A stretch of 63,548 nucleotides of DNA, counting the filler, from Licmophora abbreviata (taxonomy: Eukaryota), in the NCBI GenBank assembly GCA_900291995.1. It is 13 parts of 13 records of this genome, joined end to end, with 100 filler letters (N's around TTAATTAATTAA, not from the genome) between each part and the next. Parts side by side here need not be neighbours in the genome. Positions count along the whole stretch, not along the records: positions 6,689 to 14,514 come from OLMU01002396.1; positions 14,615 to 20,674 come from OLMU01002397.1; positions 20,775 to 23,229 come from OLMU01002398.1; 10 more parts are not named here. One strand, 5' to 3'. The translations under genes and the position numbers were made by a program. The notes beneath the pieces are model-generated. The model ran no database searches, was not told the origin of the DNA, and saw only the letters and a list, made by a program, of their open reading frames with translations. Of the stretch, positions 10,312 through 21,146 are shown in pieces; positions within the stretch are counted from its first letter, which is position 1, and the number at the start of each line of letters is the position of its first letter.

Positions 10312-11547
10312 TTAAGTTGGCTCAGCCTCTTTCGAGGCAGCCTTGAGATCCGAAGTCGCGTTGCTTTGTCGCTCTGCCACGAGCACGTTCAATAAATTAT
10401 TGACGCATTCCTCCATTCGCCGTGGTTGACCCCTAATCCATGCTCGATACTCGTCAAAATCACTGGTCCGTTCCTCGAAATTATCCTTTAAATCCACCAA
10501 AAGCTTGTGAACTCGGTCTGCATCGAAGTCTTGCACCTTGTACTTGGAAGGCAACGGCACATCCTCCTCGTACTTTGCCGCCCCCTGTCGGTTCGTCACA
10601 ACCGCGCACCCTGCCAAGGCCGCTTCGCGGGGCAACCGATCCATGCCTGGATGGGGACCAAAGTCTATGTAAATTTTGGCCGTTCGCAGTAGCTTCCGCA
10701 CCTCCTCAGGTGTGAGTCGCTCCCGTCCATCGGGACCTCCGCCGATCGGCCGAAACTGCAACAGATGGCCACTTCGTTTGCGAATCGCATCGGTGTAGTG
10801 AATGCCCTTGAGTGGATTGTACAAGACATCCACCGTTCGCTCTTGTAGTGTACTACTAGTAGTACTGATGCTATCAGGCGGATTCGAAATATACTCAGTC
10901 ATTGCCAAACAGTGCTTGGCGCCATGGTGCTGTTGCAGATAATGACGCGCGTATTCGCTTTGAAAGAGATGCAAAATATCATTTCGTTGCCACTCTTGGA
11001 ACTTGTTCGTATTGTTGTCGACGCTGAGCCACCAGATGGCACAGGGAGATGGCGATGGCCCGAAATTAAGGTAATCTAACATTTCGGCAGTCCAACATTC
11101 GGGCCATACAAAGAGGACACCGTCGGATTGTTGACTTTTGGAGGAGTGAAGGGGATTCGTCGTCGCGACAGGAGCATCGTACAAGTCCTTGTAGGCAATC
11201 GGTTTCCGAGCACGTGGGACATGAGATACGAATCGTCCATTGGAGCGGACATAGATCATGCTTGCTTTCACGGAAGAGGAGAGATGCCGATTCAGTTTAT
11301 CACAGAGTTGATGCAGCGCTTCTGGACCTCCCGTCTGCACTTCTGCGGGGCAAACACAGAAGACTTTCCGAATGGGAGGAAGGGAAGCAAAGTCAGGAAG
11401 CTCGTTTCGGGGCCGTTTGCGAGACTGTTCCTCAGTTTGTGACGAAGATCGACAGACCGACTCTGCTACTCTTTTGTTTGGCGTCGACGAGGTCCACTGC
11501 TTGGCATCGTTCTGAAACTGATTCAACAGGGACCCAAAGTCGCTCAT
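10312..11547 (-). CDS. Putative GT-B glycosyltransferase-like protein, bacterial-type
   Basis: TGGPEALHQL, WWLSVDN, QSEYA, YNPLKG and IYIDFGPHPGMDRLPREAALAGC resemble uncharacterised bacterial polysaccharide-locus glycosyltransferases. No introns. Confidence 0.6.
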   Translation of the reverse strand: MSDFGSLLNQFQNDAKQWTSSTPNKRVAESVCRSSSQTEEQSRKRPRNELPDFASLPPIRKVFCVCPAEVQTGGPEALHQLCDKLNRHLSSSVKASMIYVRSNGRFVSHVPRARKPIAYKDLYDAPVATTNPLHSSKSQQSDGVLFVWPECWTAEMLDYLNFGPSPSPCAIWWLSVDNNTNKFQEWQRNDILHLFQSEYARHYLQQHHGAKHCLAMTEYISNPPDSISTTSSTLQERTVDVLYNPLKGIHYTDAIRKRSGHLLQFRPIGGGPDGRERLTPEEVRKLLRTAKIYIDFGPHPGMDRLPREAALAGCAVVTNRQGAAKYEEDVPLPSKYKVQDFDADRVHKLLVDLKDNFEERTSDFDEYRAWIRGQPRRMEECVNNLLNVLVAERQSNATSDLKAASKEAEPT

Positions 11548-12354
11548 TCCTTGATAAAGGTACGAAAGCAGCGCTGAAGAAAAAGAAAGCACAAAGGCAC
11601 AGGGCAAGCAGGGGTGCTACAGACGGCAGATATAGAATGCAGTATCCAAGATAGAGTCGAGTCTCGTGGGTTGTGAGCCGTGTGTGGCCGCTGGCAGCGC
11701 GGTGTCCTCCATCTTTTTCCCCATTGTCATCCGTGACACACCCGTCCGTCGTCCGCCGAGTCGTGGCAAGATTGTAATATAATAATCACTTGTGAAGTTT
11801 GGAAATGTTCAGTTTTGGGATAGTGACTCCCTCTTAAATAAATAAACCGGTCACCGTTGAATCTCACAAAGATGCGATTGTATTAGCTCCCCCTCGTATA
11901 CAAAATTCAGAGTGATTTGTTTGATTCTTGTTTGAATTCAAATTCTAATTACCACACGTAGATGCAGTACTGAGAACCTACGTGTGGCCTTGTGAAGTGA
12001 CGTGCCTGCGTTCACTTTCAGAAATCCCATGAAGGGAAAAAGTGGCGAGCACGTCCTACCGCTTTCTATTGCTCCTTTCGTGGCTCTGTCATTGCTTATC
12101 TTGCTTGTGGCGACAGCACATTGGGGTACTACTATCGGAAACGACGGGACGAGATTTTCGATCGAACAGTCCCTCTGCAAAGAAAGAAATTGGAGCGTGT
12201 AACACCGAGCTTGATTTTCCCTTTCCGCCTCATAAAAGCGTAATCTACGTATCCCTGGTACTAGGTTCACGTAGAAGCTGGCTCCGGTTCATCTCCCAAA
12301 CTTTTTTGCCCGCGCGGGTGGACACCGAAAGACGCACACAAGGTGGTTGTCAGG

Positions 12355-15300
12355 ATGGAAGAGCGTGCTTTCTCTCCACAGTCCAGCATGACGCTGTCGG
12401 TCACCCCTCGTGACGCAAAGCGCATTCTGGAAGCCAGTCGAGCGATCAATGAGCGACTGCGACAGCTTCGTCAGGACTCTTTGTCAGCACCGGCCTCCAC
12501 CACTCAGCTGCTGCCCACTCTGTCGGATGGCGGCAGTCACGACGACGACGACCCTACCGTCCCCAAACGCGTTGTATCGACTTCGGATCATGGTTCTGTA
12601 GCGTCGGAAGATACTACGTGTGCGACAAACAGCGCCAGTAGCATCTTGCAGCCGGAGATGATCGTCCAGGCTGCCGAGAGCTGTGGGGAGCCTCTCATGG
12701 AGGCCTTTCTGCGTGAACTGCAGTCTCGGGGCGCTCCCGAACGCGAGATTCAGACGAGTCTGCTTCTATTTGTTCAGACTAGCAAGAGTTCGAAACTGCG
12801 AACTGCCTTTCAGACACTCGGCGATCATGTCGGCGAAACCCAGCCGGACACGGCGCATCACCAGACGATCCAATACGACGGCGCCATGTCCCTCTTCAAG
12901 TGCATTCTTACAGCCATTGCCACGTTTCTTCAGTTCAAGAAGGAAGAAGATAGTGCAGATACATCGGCTTCACTAGAGCCACCGACGAAAGTTCTCAAGG
13001 AAGACGATCAGTCTTCGCCCAACTCTGTATTGGGCGGACAGGCAAGCGAACCGAACGCTTCGCATCTCCCCACGGGCGACATGGTGGGCATGCCGCGAGC
13101 ATCGCCATCGTTTGACTCTTCCATGGAGACGAAAGACAAGGCTAGCGACGATTCAAACAAGCATATTCTAAGCGAAGCCACACAAAATGAGATCAACGAG
13201 GTCGCTGCCTTCGCGTCGGAACGTCTCATGGACCACGTGCAGAAAGCCAACAGCAGTACAGACGACGCGCGCAAGAATCTGGTTTCGTACGAGGCGTTTG
13301 GCGAGTGGTACAACTCGGGAGGATTTGAAATTGTGCCATGGCTGGAACTTCTTGACTTGTCGAAGTGGGAGAATGCTATCAAGCCTGCATCGGCGACGGC
13401 GATTCCGGAAGGCCTCGGAGATGTCAGTATCGAATCGTCGCCGACTAGCAATCCTGCCCCAGGTCATCCGACAGGATTGACCCCTCTGCAAACCTTTTCA
13501 GCAGATCCGGCGGGTTGCGTATTGATTTCCTTTGACTTCACAGAAGCCATTGGCAACGACCACTCGTCAGGGATTGTTGATCCTTCCCTCTTTTGTATTG
13601 ACATTACGGACGAGAACTTGCACGTGCTCGAGAATTTCGTGCACCTAACGGGACTGGCATCACGCGCACCGAGCGATGTTTGTAAGATTCTGATGCGACA
13701 TGCTGTGCCCCGAAAGCACGACGGTATCTTGGTGCTAGGCCGTGACTCTTTCAAGCAGTGTGTTCGAGAGTTGCTTCCGAAAGGCATGCGTGGTATCTCT
13801 GATACGGAGTTGGAGCACTTTTCAATGCATCTCGAGACTTTTTACAGCTGTTTTGACGGAGGATCTGGAGCGAATTTCAAGGAAATCGCTGTAGCGTTCT
13901 CTTTCCTTTGCGCCGGGAATAAGAGTGCCAAGCTGTCAATCGGCTTTGAACTAATGGACGAAGAGAAGTCCGGTCACCTGACACGGGAACAACTGAAACA
14001 GTACCTTCGCTCGTATCTTACTATGCTTGCCGCCATCTCTTTGTTGTCGGCGAAAGCCGATTCCAATGGAAACGGTCTGTCAGAGGAACGGCGCAATGGG
14101 CTGGTCGTTGCTGTCAGCGAAGGAGCTGACTGGACTCTAAGGCATTTGATGAAACATATCGCAAGGCCAAAAGACTTCAAAAGCGATGCTGTCACGTTTG
14201 AGACCTTTGCTGGATGGTACACGGCTGGTGGCTACAGTGTTGCTCCTTGGTTAGAACTGCTGGATCTCTCGAAGCTCTTGGGCCTTCTCCACGACATCGA
14301 ACAGCGCCGTAAACGCCAGGCACTCGCGAGCCAACTGCCGCAGGTGTTTCCCTCACCTGGGAGACGAGTGGAATCTCCGAATGTACCCTCTGCAGATGTG
14401 CTTTTTACGTTTCCACTCGCGAACCGACGCTCGCTCGTCGTGCTTCGAGAAGATGCGATATACGTCCGTTCTGTCGTCGAAAAGCTGGGACTCACCTGAG
14501 ACGCCAAGGCACACNNNNNNNNNNNNNNNNNNNNNNNNNNNNNNNNNNNNNNNNNNNNTTAATTAATTAANNNNNNNNNNNNNNNNNNNNNNNNNNNNNN
14601 NNNNNNNNNNNNNNCGTCGAAAAGCTGGGACTCGCTTCGACGACTCCAGAGGACGCGTGGTCGTCGTTGTTTTCTAGCGCAAAGAGGAACCCGTCGCTAC
14701 CGGCAAGAGCGTCAGAAAAGCCTCGTAAACGCAAAGCTGGATCCGGCAAGAGCATGGACGTGGACCAGGCCGTGTTTGTGGAATGCATGGAAGGTGTTGT
14801 GGATGCTGCGTTGAATGGCAGGAAGCGCCCCCTCAAGGGAAAGGCCAATACGTCGAAGTCAGTCCGGGAGACGCTTGCAAACTTCTTTCAGAGCTTTGAC
14901 CTTGATCAAATTGACCGAGTGGCGCTGAACCAGCTCATGGGTGGGCTTAGCCTTTTGTGCGACGGTAAGAAGAGCACGAAGCTCGCTTTTGCCTTTGGGT
15001 TGTTTGACAGTAGCACCAGTAGACCGAAGTTGAAAAAGAAGAACGCCGGCATGCCCTCTCTAAGTGGAGAGGAGCTCTTTCTGTTCCTTCGCTCTTTCTT
15101 GGTCGTGACATTCTCGTGCTGTCGCCAGAGTATGGATCTCAGTGCCGAGGCCGTCGGTCGCTACATCTCGGATACGGCTCACATGGTCGCGGAGGACGTC
15201 ATGAGGTATCAGTGGCAGTCACATAAGCGTGATCGTGTCAACTTTGACGAGTTTGGAGAGTGGTACAATGAAGGCGGTTTCGAAACAGCTCCCTGGTTGG

Positions 15301-16424
15301 AACTTCTTGACTTGAAGAAGTGGGTTCTGGTCGACGACCTCGACTCCATACAGCAACACCGATCGGCGTCCATACATAATCGCAGTCCTCATGCTTCGCC
15401 GTCCGGTGACTTTGACTGTCCGCCTGCTCCCCCCGACGATGTCATGGATCCATCGTTCTTTGCGGATGACGATCATCCGATCATGCCAATGGACAGTATC
15501 GATGAGATGGACTTGCTTCTTCTTCAGCAACCTACGAACGACAAGGAGAGCGAGGGCATTCACACTAACCGCACACTGAGTGCTCTACTACCTTCACCGA
15601 AGAGACCAACGCTGGAGAGGCGCTCGCAACAGCCTACAAGCTCGCTAAAGTTCCATCTTGTTTCCAGTGAGAAGCACGGTGGCTACATGTTGTCGGTGAG
15701 TCGTCGACGCGTGTCGCACCTACGGCACATTCTTATCGACAGCGGGCTCTGTCAGGTCGACACCGAAGATGCCGTCCGTGAGATTCTTCGAAAGGCGTTA
15801 CCGTCGAGCACGAAGAACGGCCCTGGCCGACTGAATTTGACTAAGGACAACTTCGACTCTGCTATGCGTAGCATCATGTCGAGAACGCAGGGCAAAGACA
15901 GCCTCGGCGTGGAGACTCAGCGAGTTTTGTCGGACTTGCTCGCCTCCCTGTTCCAAGCTTTTGAACGCTCACAGCCCGGAAGTACCAACGCCCGCGAAGT
16001 GGCTTGTGGCTTCACCATTCTTTGCCGAGGAAAGAAGAGCGACAAGCTGGAGTACGCCTTCGAGCTTCTCGAGGAGAGTCGAAGCGGCCACATGACAAGA
16101 GAGAATGTCAACCGGTATTTGAAGTCGTTCCTATCAGCGCTACTTAGTGTCGCCACGGCCTCCTGCTTGGAGTCAGACGGCAGCAGCGAGGACTCGTTGA
16201 CTCTAATGAATGGAGAGCAGTGCGACCGTAGTATGTTGGGACCGGCGGTGGACGCCGGTGCCGAATGGGCGACGGACCAAGCCTTTCACTCTCGTTTCAA
16301 GTCCAAGAAGCCGACGGACTCGCTAACCTTTGATGAGTTTGCAGAATGGTATACGACTGAGGGCTTCAGTAGCATTCCATGGCTAGAGCTGTTGGACCTT
16401 CGAAAATGGGTGCTCGCGACGTAG
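12355..16424 (+). CDS. Large (~1,300 aa) protein with four EF-hand/neuronal-calcium-sensor-like modules, split by the gap at 14515-14614
   Basis: Gap flanks share CGTCGAAAAGCTGGGACTC and join in frame (VEKLGL-ASTTPEDAW). Repeated LC.GxKSxKL..xF.L.D and WY..GG...PWLELLDL motifs. Confidence 0.8.
14496..14514 (+). other. 454/Roche adaptor-B-like remnant at contig end
   Basis: CTGAGACGCCAAGGCACAC matches CTGAGACTGCCAAGGCACAC (recalled 454 B adaptor) minus one T. It begins 2 nt after the left flank diverges from the overlapping right flank and supplies the false stop at 14497-14499. Confidence 0.75.
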
Positions 16425-16853
16425 AGAGAACAAGGACATGAAGGTTAAACTATTGTCATGTGATCGAATGTTTTGCCTTGTGTTCTAAAGTGCCTTCGAT
16501 ATTACCGCAACATAAATGTTAGATTCTAACCCTAACTGTACTTCGAATGGATCTTGTTGAAGCCCATTAGAGCATTCGTTGGGGATGTGCTATCGTATTA
16601 CTTGTAGCAGGGAGGTAGTCGTTGAAATGAGATTGGCTAGGTTGTTACGTGAGAGGTGAGCGCGAGAGTACCATCAGGTACACGTCCTCTAGGATTCCTG
16701 ATGCCATGTCAAGAGTACAAGATTTCATTTCGCGTCGCGATGAACTTTCACTTCAGCACTGTACTTTGCAATGGCGACCCTATCGCCGCCTTCGACCTGC
16801 GTTGTGATCTTTGCTGCGAGCGACGGTTGTTGAAGCTCTATTGGTTGAAGAGC

Positions 16854-18713
16854 ATGAGGTCGATACTGGTCGCCTTGACGGCGCCTCTCGTAATTTCGTC
16901 CGCCTTTTTGACGCCGCCGAAAGTAATACCGATACCGCGACACCAAAAATTCGTTGCCATCACGAACAGCCGCCTTCCAAGATCTCCTGTGTCGTCGTTT
17001 GCGTTCCCGGATGAACAGTCGAGCCTGGATATGTCAACAACGAACGGATCCTCGAATTTCACCGAGTTGACGACGACGGCTGCTGCCCTTGATGCCATTC
17101 CGACCCACAATGGTGCTCCTCCCTCTCTCCCAAATGGCACGGACGAGACCTCCTCTGATGACAACGAAACGTCAGATCAGAATCAACAGCTCATGGAGCC
17201 TGTGGATGCTACAGAAATTCTTGCGATTGATCCGAAATGTATCGACATTGTGAACCTCGACAAGTCCGACGCTACGGAAGCCGAGGCAGGCAAGGCCTTT
17301 GTAAATATGTTTCGAGGTTCCGCCAACTACATTGCCAACCATCGGAACACACTGGCAGTATACCACGTGCCGGGAGGCTTACTGGATGCGGATGGTTCAC
17401 AAACAATGTGTCGTGATCTGATGAATGATATCGCCTTGACATGGCTGCTTGGAATGAAGATTGTGATTGTCGTAGGGTGTCGCAATCAAATTGACAAGCG
17501 ATTGCCGGACCGTGAATATCAGAATGGACTCGGCATAACAAACGAAGCAGCGATTCGTGTTGTCAAGGAAGAAGCTGGATACGTGCGATTCGAGGTAGAG
17601 CGTCAACTGGCTCGAGCGTTACGGCTTCATGGAGGACAGCACTCCCACGACCATCACTCTGACGGCAACGTTGTATCGGGTAATTTCTTCAGTGCTCAGC
17701 CATTCGGAATTCTCAATGGCGTTGATTACAAGTACACGGGATTTGTTCGGCGCGTCGAAGTCGAGAAGATTCGACAAGTTCACGACAATCGGGATATTTG
17801 TCTTTTGACGACGCTCGGAGTGAGTCCTTCTGGAGAGGTGTTCAATGTCAACTCGGAGAGTCTTGCCGCCAAGGTCGCATCGTCGATGCAAGCGAGCAAA
17901 ATCATCTTCTTTACGGAAAACCAGATGGTGCTTAAGCATCACTCACATGGTGGTGAGGTTCCACATCTGCGTGTGTCGGATGCCAAGAATTTTCTAGCAC
18001 ATCGCCAAGTTAACATCCATGGAAAGGGAATGATCACATTGGGCGACGATATCTCCCAAGAAAATCCATACACCAAGGATTTTCTTCTCAAGATTGCATG
18101 GGGCGTCGTGGCTCTGGAACAAGGTGTCAAACGTGCTCACATTGTGGCTCCGACACAAGGTGCCTTGTTGCAAGAGCTCTATACGCGTGACGGCGGCCGT
18201 GCTACTATGATATCGCGTGACTTGTACGACGGCATTCGTCGAGCGAGTGTCAACGACGTTGCTGGCATTTACGATCTGATATTGCCCTTGATTACTGCGG
18301 GCACGCTCGTAGATCGACCAAAGAGTGCTCTCGAGAAAGATATTGGAAACTACTATGTCTACACTCGAGATAATCTCATTTTGGCATGCGGTCAGTTAAA
18401 GAAGTTTGAAGATGGCTTTGCGGAGATTGGCTGCTTGGTTGTGAACTCGCAATATCGAGCTCAGGGCCGCGGAGACGCCATGCTTGGATATCTGGAGCGC
18501 ATGTGCGTATTGGCGGGTTGTCAGTCTATCTTCGTGTTGAGTACCCAAACAATGGAGTGGTTCGTGGAGAGAGGATTTGAGTCTGTTGGTGTCAACAAAC
18601 TTCCGCCGAGCCGACAGGAAACATACAACTGGGAACGGGCAAGCAAAATTTACATAAAGAAGATCAAAGATAACCGAGACCTAGATGCTGCCGAGCTGTG
18701 GTGGAATCGGTAG
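16854..18713 (+). CDS. argA: N-acetylglutamate synthase (ArgA-type, AAK + GNAT), plastid-targeted
   Basis: Presequence MRSILVAL...ISSA-FLTPP. AAK domain, then GNAT with AEIGCLVV...YRAQGRGDAML, FVLSTQTMEWFVERGF, LPPSRQETYNWERASKIY. Confidence 0.92.
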   Translation: MRSILVALTAPLVISSAFLTPPKVIPIPRHQKFVAITNSRLPRSPVSSFAFPDEQSSLDMSTTNGSSNFTELTTTAAALDAIPTHNGAPPSLPNGTDETSSDDNETSDQNQQLMEPVDATEILAIDPKCIDIVNLDKSDATEAEAGKAFVNMFRGSANYIANHRNTLAVYHVPGGLLDADGSQTMCRDLMNDIALTWLLGMKIVIVVGCRNQIDKRLPDREYQNGLGITNEAAIRVVKEEAGYVRFEVERQLARALRLHGGQHSHDHHSDGNVVSGNFFSAQPFGILNGVDYKYTGFVRRVEVEKIRQVHDNRDICLLTTLGVSPSGEVFNVNSESLAAKVASSMQASKIIFFTENQMVLKHHSHGGEVPHLRVSDAKNFLAHRQVNIHGKGMITLGDDISQENPYTKDFLLKIAWGVVALEQGVKRAHIVAPTQGALLQELYTRDGGRATMISRDLYDGIRRASVNDVAGIYDLILPLITAGTLVDRPKSALEKDIGNYYVYTRDNLILACGQLKKFEDGFAEIGCLVVNSQYRAQGRGDAMLGYLERMCVLAGCQSIFVLSTQTMEWFVERGFESVGVNKLPPSRQETYNWERASKIYIKKIKDNRDLDAAELWWNR

Positions 18714-18869
18714 GTGCTGCCCATTTTCGGCATACCGGCTTTGACTGGTGGATGGTGCCCCCTTTCCTTTGGTCAAGTCCGATAGAACGTAATAATTTCC
18801 ATAGTAAGCAAGCTTGATTTTTGAGTCTACGTGGAGCCTTTCTAATACTTTCTAAAATTTTCACTTTCG

Positions 18870-20393
18870 CTACACCAGCGGGCGTCCATGTGAGTCGTAG
18901 AAACCTTGCAGAGGGTGTGGACTATTTGCAAACGCCTCCATGCGATCGGCAAACAAGGCTATTTCCTCGTCCGTCGAGGTGGCGAGATGCTTGACCTGCT
19001 GTCGTATTTGATCAGGACTGGTCAATCTGATCTGTCTAGCCATGATACGCATCTGCTCACGCTTCGCCTGTTCCATTTCGGTTATTCGACGGTTCTGCTC
19101 CATTACTTCCTGTCGGTATTCGGCCGCGTCGGCGTCTTTAGATCTCGCATCTCTCATGGCTTGTAGCTGTTCTTTGGAACATGGCGGCTCGCCGTCCTGA
19201 CCAAATTGATCAATGTATACATCATACAAGGACGTTCCGTAATACGTCCAGCCGTCAAAGGCACATGTGGTCCCCTCCTTGGTCTGGGGACGTGTCCCTC
19301 GTCCACCACCAATATGATAAAACGCAGCAGTACATGGCATCTTGCTAACATCGCGACAATTCCCTAGTCCGATTGCCATGTGACAGAAGTGTTGAGCGAC
19401 ACGATACGCATAATTGACCTCCACATAGCGATCATGAAAGGCGTCTCCTGGCTCGCCGTACATGCGACCAACTTGTTCCATCAGAGCACTTCGCTTGTAC
19501 AAGCCAGCTCCATTCGTGTAGGAGCCCCAGATATAGGAAGTTGTCTGCATCGAAGTGTCGGCGCAAAACACTTGATAGTCAATATTCACTGTGGAGGGCA
19601 ACGGGACTTCATCTGTACATGTCGTATCGCGTTCGTCTTGGTGTTCGCCATCGCAGCTACCGCTCGTAGCATCGGAAACAGTACCACCCGCAGGTAGACT
19701 GACTTGTGCGTGCGCCCATTCGTGCATGTATGGCGCTTTCATGAAGCTGGGATAGGTTTCGGGTCTCAGAAATACCCCAATGACTTGTCTTCCATCAAAG
19801 CTAGTCACGTTGCTATTGGTCAGAGCGATCGCCGTCGCAATTGCTTGCTTTCTTTGACTCGTCTGTTCCGCCACGAGACCATCCAAGTAGAGCCAGTCTT
19901 CTTCGAGCAATAGAATGTAGGGTGCTCGACAAAGATTGAAGATAAGTAGATTCATGCCGTATGCCAGTCCGCCGTTCTGCTCGAGCGTTAGCGTATGTTC
20001 GATCTGATACGAGTCTTCCAAGACACTCGTTAGGTCCGATCCCGAACCATTGTCGACCCAGGCGATTTCGTATCGAAGCCAGGAAGGCTCATCTTCTTCC
20101 ATGTGTCGAATCGCGGCAGCGAGTGTATGATTTAAGAGGTCCGTTCGCCCACAGCAGCTGAGAAAGGCAAGGCAAACATCAGGAGAGGATTCTGGGTAGG
20201 AGCGCCGCTCTACGAGAGGATCGGTCGGTTCGGAGATGCGAGCCAATTGGGACGCCATGGCACGCGAAAAGGAGGAGTGCGCATCATTTTCAGCATATTC
20301 GTCTGCGGCAGACTCAATTTCTCTAAATGGGAGGATAAGCAGGGACAGGAAGGCTCCCAACAAGCACAATCGAGACGGTACTTTGTCCACCAT
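18870..20393 (-). CDS. Secreted or type II membrane GT2/GT-A glycosyltransferase-like protein
   Basis: N-terminal hydrophobic segment, VCLAFLSCCGRTDLL, EIAWVDNGS, NGGLAYGMN, YILLLEEDW (DxD-like), FYHIGGGR. Confidence 0.65.
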   Translation of the reverse strand: MVDKVPSRLCLLGAFLSLLILPFREIESAADEYAENDAHSSFSRAMASQLARISEPTDPLVERRSYPESSPDVCLAFLSCCGRTDLLNHTLAAAIRHMEEDEPSWLRYEIAWVDNGSGSDLTSVLEDSYQIEHTLTLEQNGGLAYGMNLLIFNLCRAPYILLLEEDWLYLDGLVAEQTSQRKQAIATAIALTNSNVTSFDGRQVIGVFLRPETYPSFMKAPYMHEWAHAQVSLPAGGTVSDATSGSCDGEHQDERDTTCTDEVPLPSTVNIDYQVFCADTSMQTTSYIWGSYTNGAGLYKRSALMEQVGRMYGEPGDAFHDRYVEVNYAYRVAQHFCHMAIGLGNCRDVSKMPCTAAFYHIGGGRGTRPQTKEGTTCAFDGWTYYGTSLYDVYIDQFGQDGEPPCSKEQLQAMRDARSKDADAAEYRQEVMEQNRRITEMEQAKREQMRIMARQIRLTSPDQIRQQVKHLATSTDEEIALFADRMEAFANSPHPLQGFYDSHGRPLV

Positions 20394-21146
20394 GGTCGCG
20401 TCTTGAATGAGACAAATAGTCAAGTCGAGGAGGTCGGGTGCTACGGACGTCGTACAGTCGAACCAAGTCCGCGCGCCGGCGGAGGCCCGCTTGATGAGAA
20501 GAGCCGGCGCGCCGACCATGGCACATTGTCTCACTGTGGCGCCGTATCATGGAGCAACAGCACTACGAGTAGAGGGAAACTGCGTGCTAAATCGTTGATT
20601 GGTGTATCCCTGATCCACCATGGCAAGTAAGCAGAAGAATGACTCAAAGAGGCTCGAAGCCTTGCGGGTAGCCCNNNNNNNNNNNNNNNNNNNNNNNNNN
20701 NNNNNNNNNNNNNNNNNNTTAATTAATTAANNNNNNNNNNNNNNNNNNNNNNNNNNNNNNNNNNNNNNNNNNNNCACGCCGAGCTCTCGACCGGAGATAC
20801 CACAGGCGACGTCTACACGCAATCGTCGACCGGCTCGGTCCTGTTTCTCACGGATCGGAAGGTCGCCCAAGATAAAGTTGCGGCGCAAATAAAAGAACTT
20901 GTCGACAAGGAGGCGCCCTTTCCTTTGGAGAAATAAAATTGACCAGCAGCATTCGTTCTCTCATCACGACGCACAACGCCTTCGTCGCCGACGTTCTGCG
21001 TGACGTTCCTGTCGAAGCTCTGCCTAAAGTATAGATATGTAGTATATTGTACACAAAACCGACATTTCAGTGCAGCTGGGTGTGTACGTAGCTGTTTTGT
21101 TTAGACAAGACGAGACACAGTCATATACACCCTCCTGTACTTTTTT

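Noticed and set aside
16656..16853. N-terminal extensions from GTG/TTG starts (also at 11607, 20534, 40845)
   Set aside because: The locus is eukaryotic, and downstream ATGs give sensible starts or targeting peptides.
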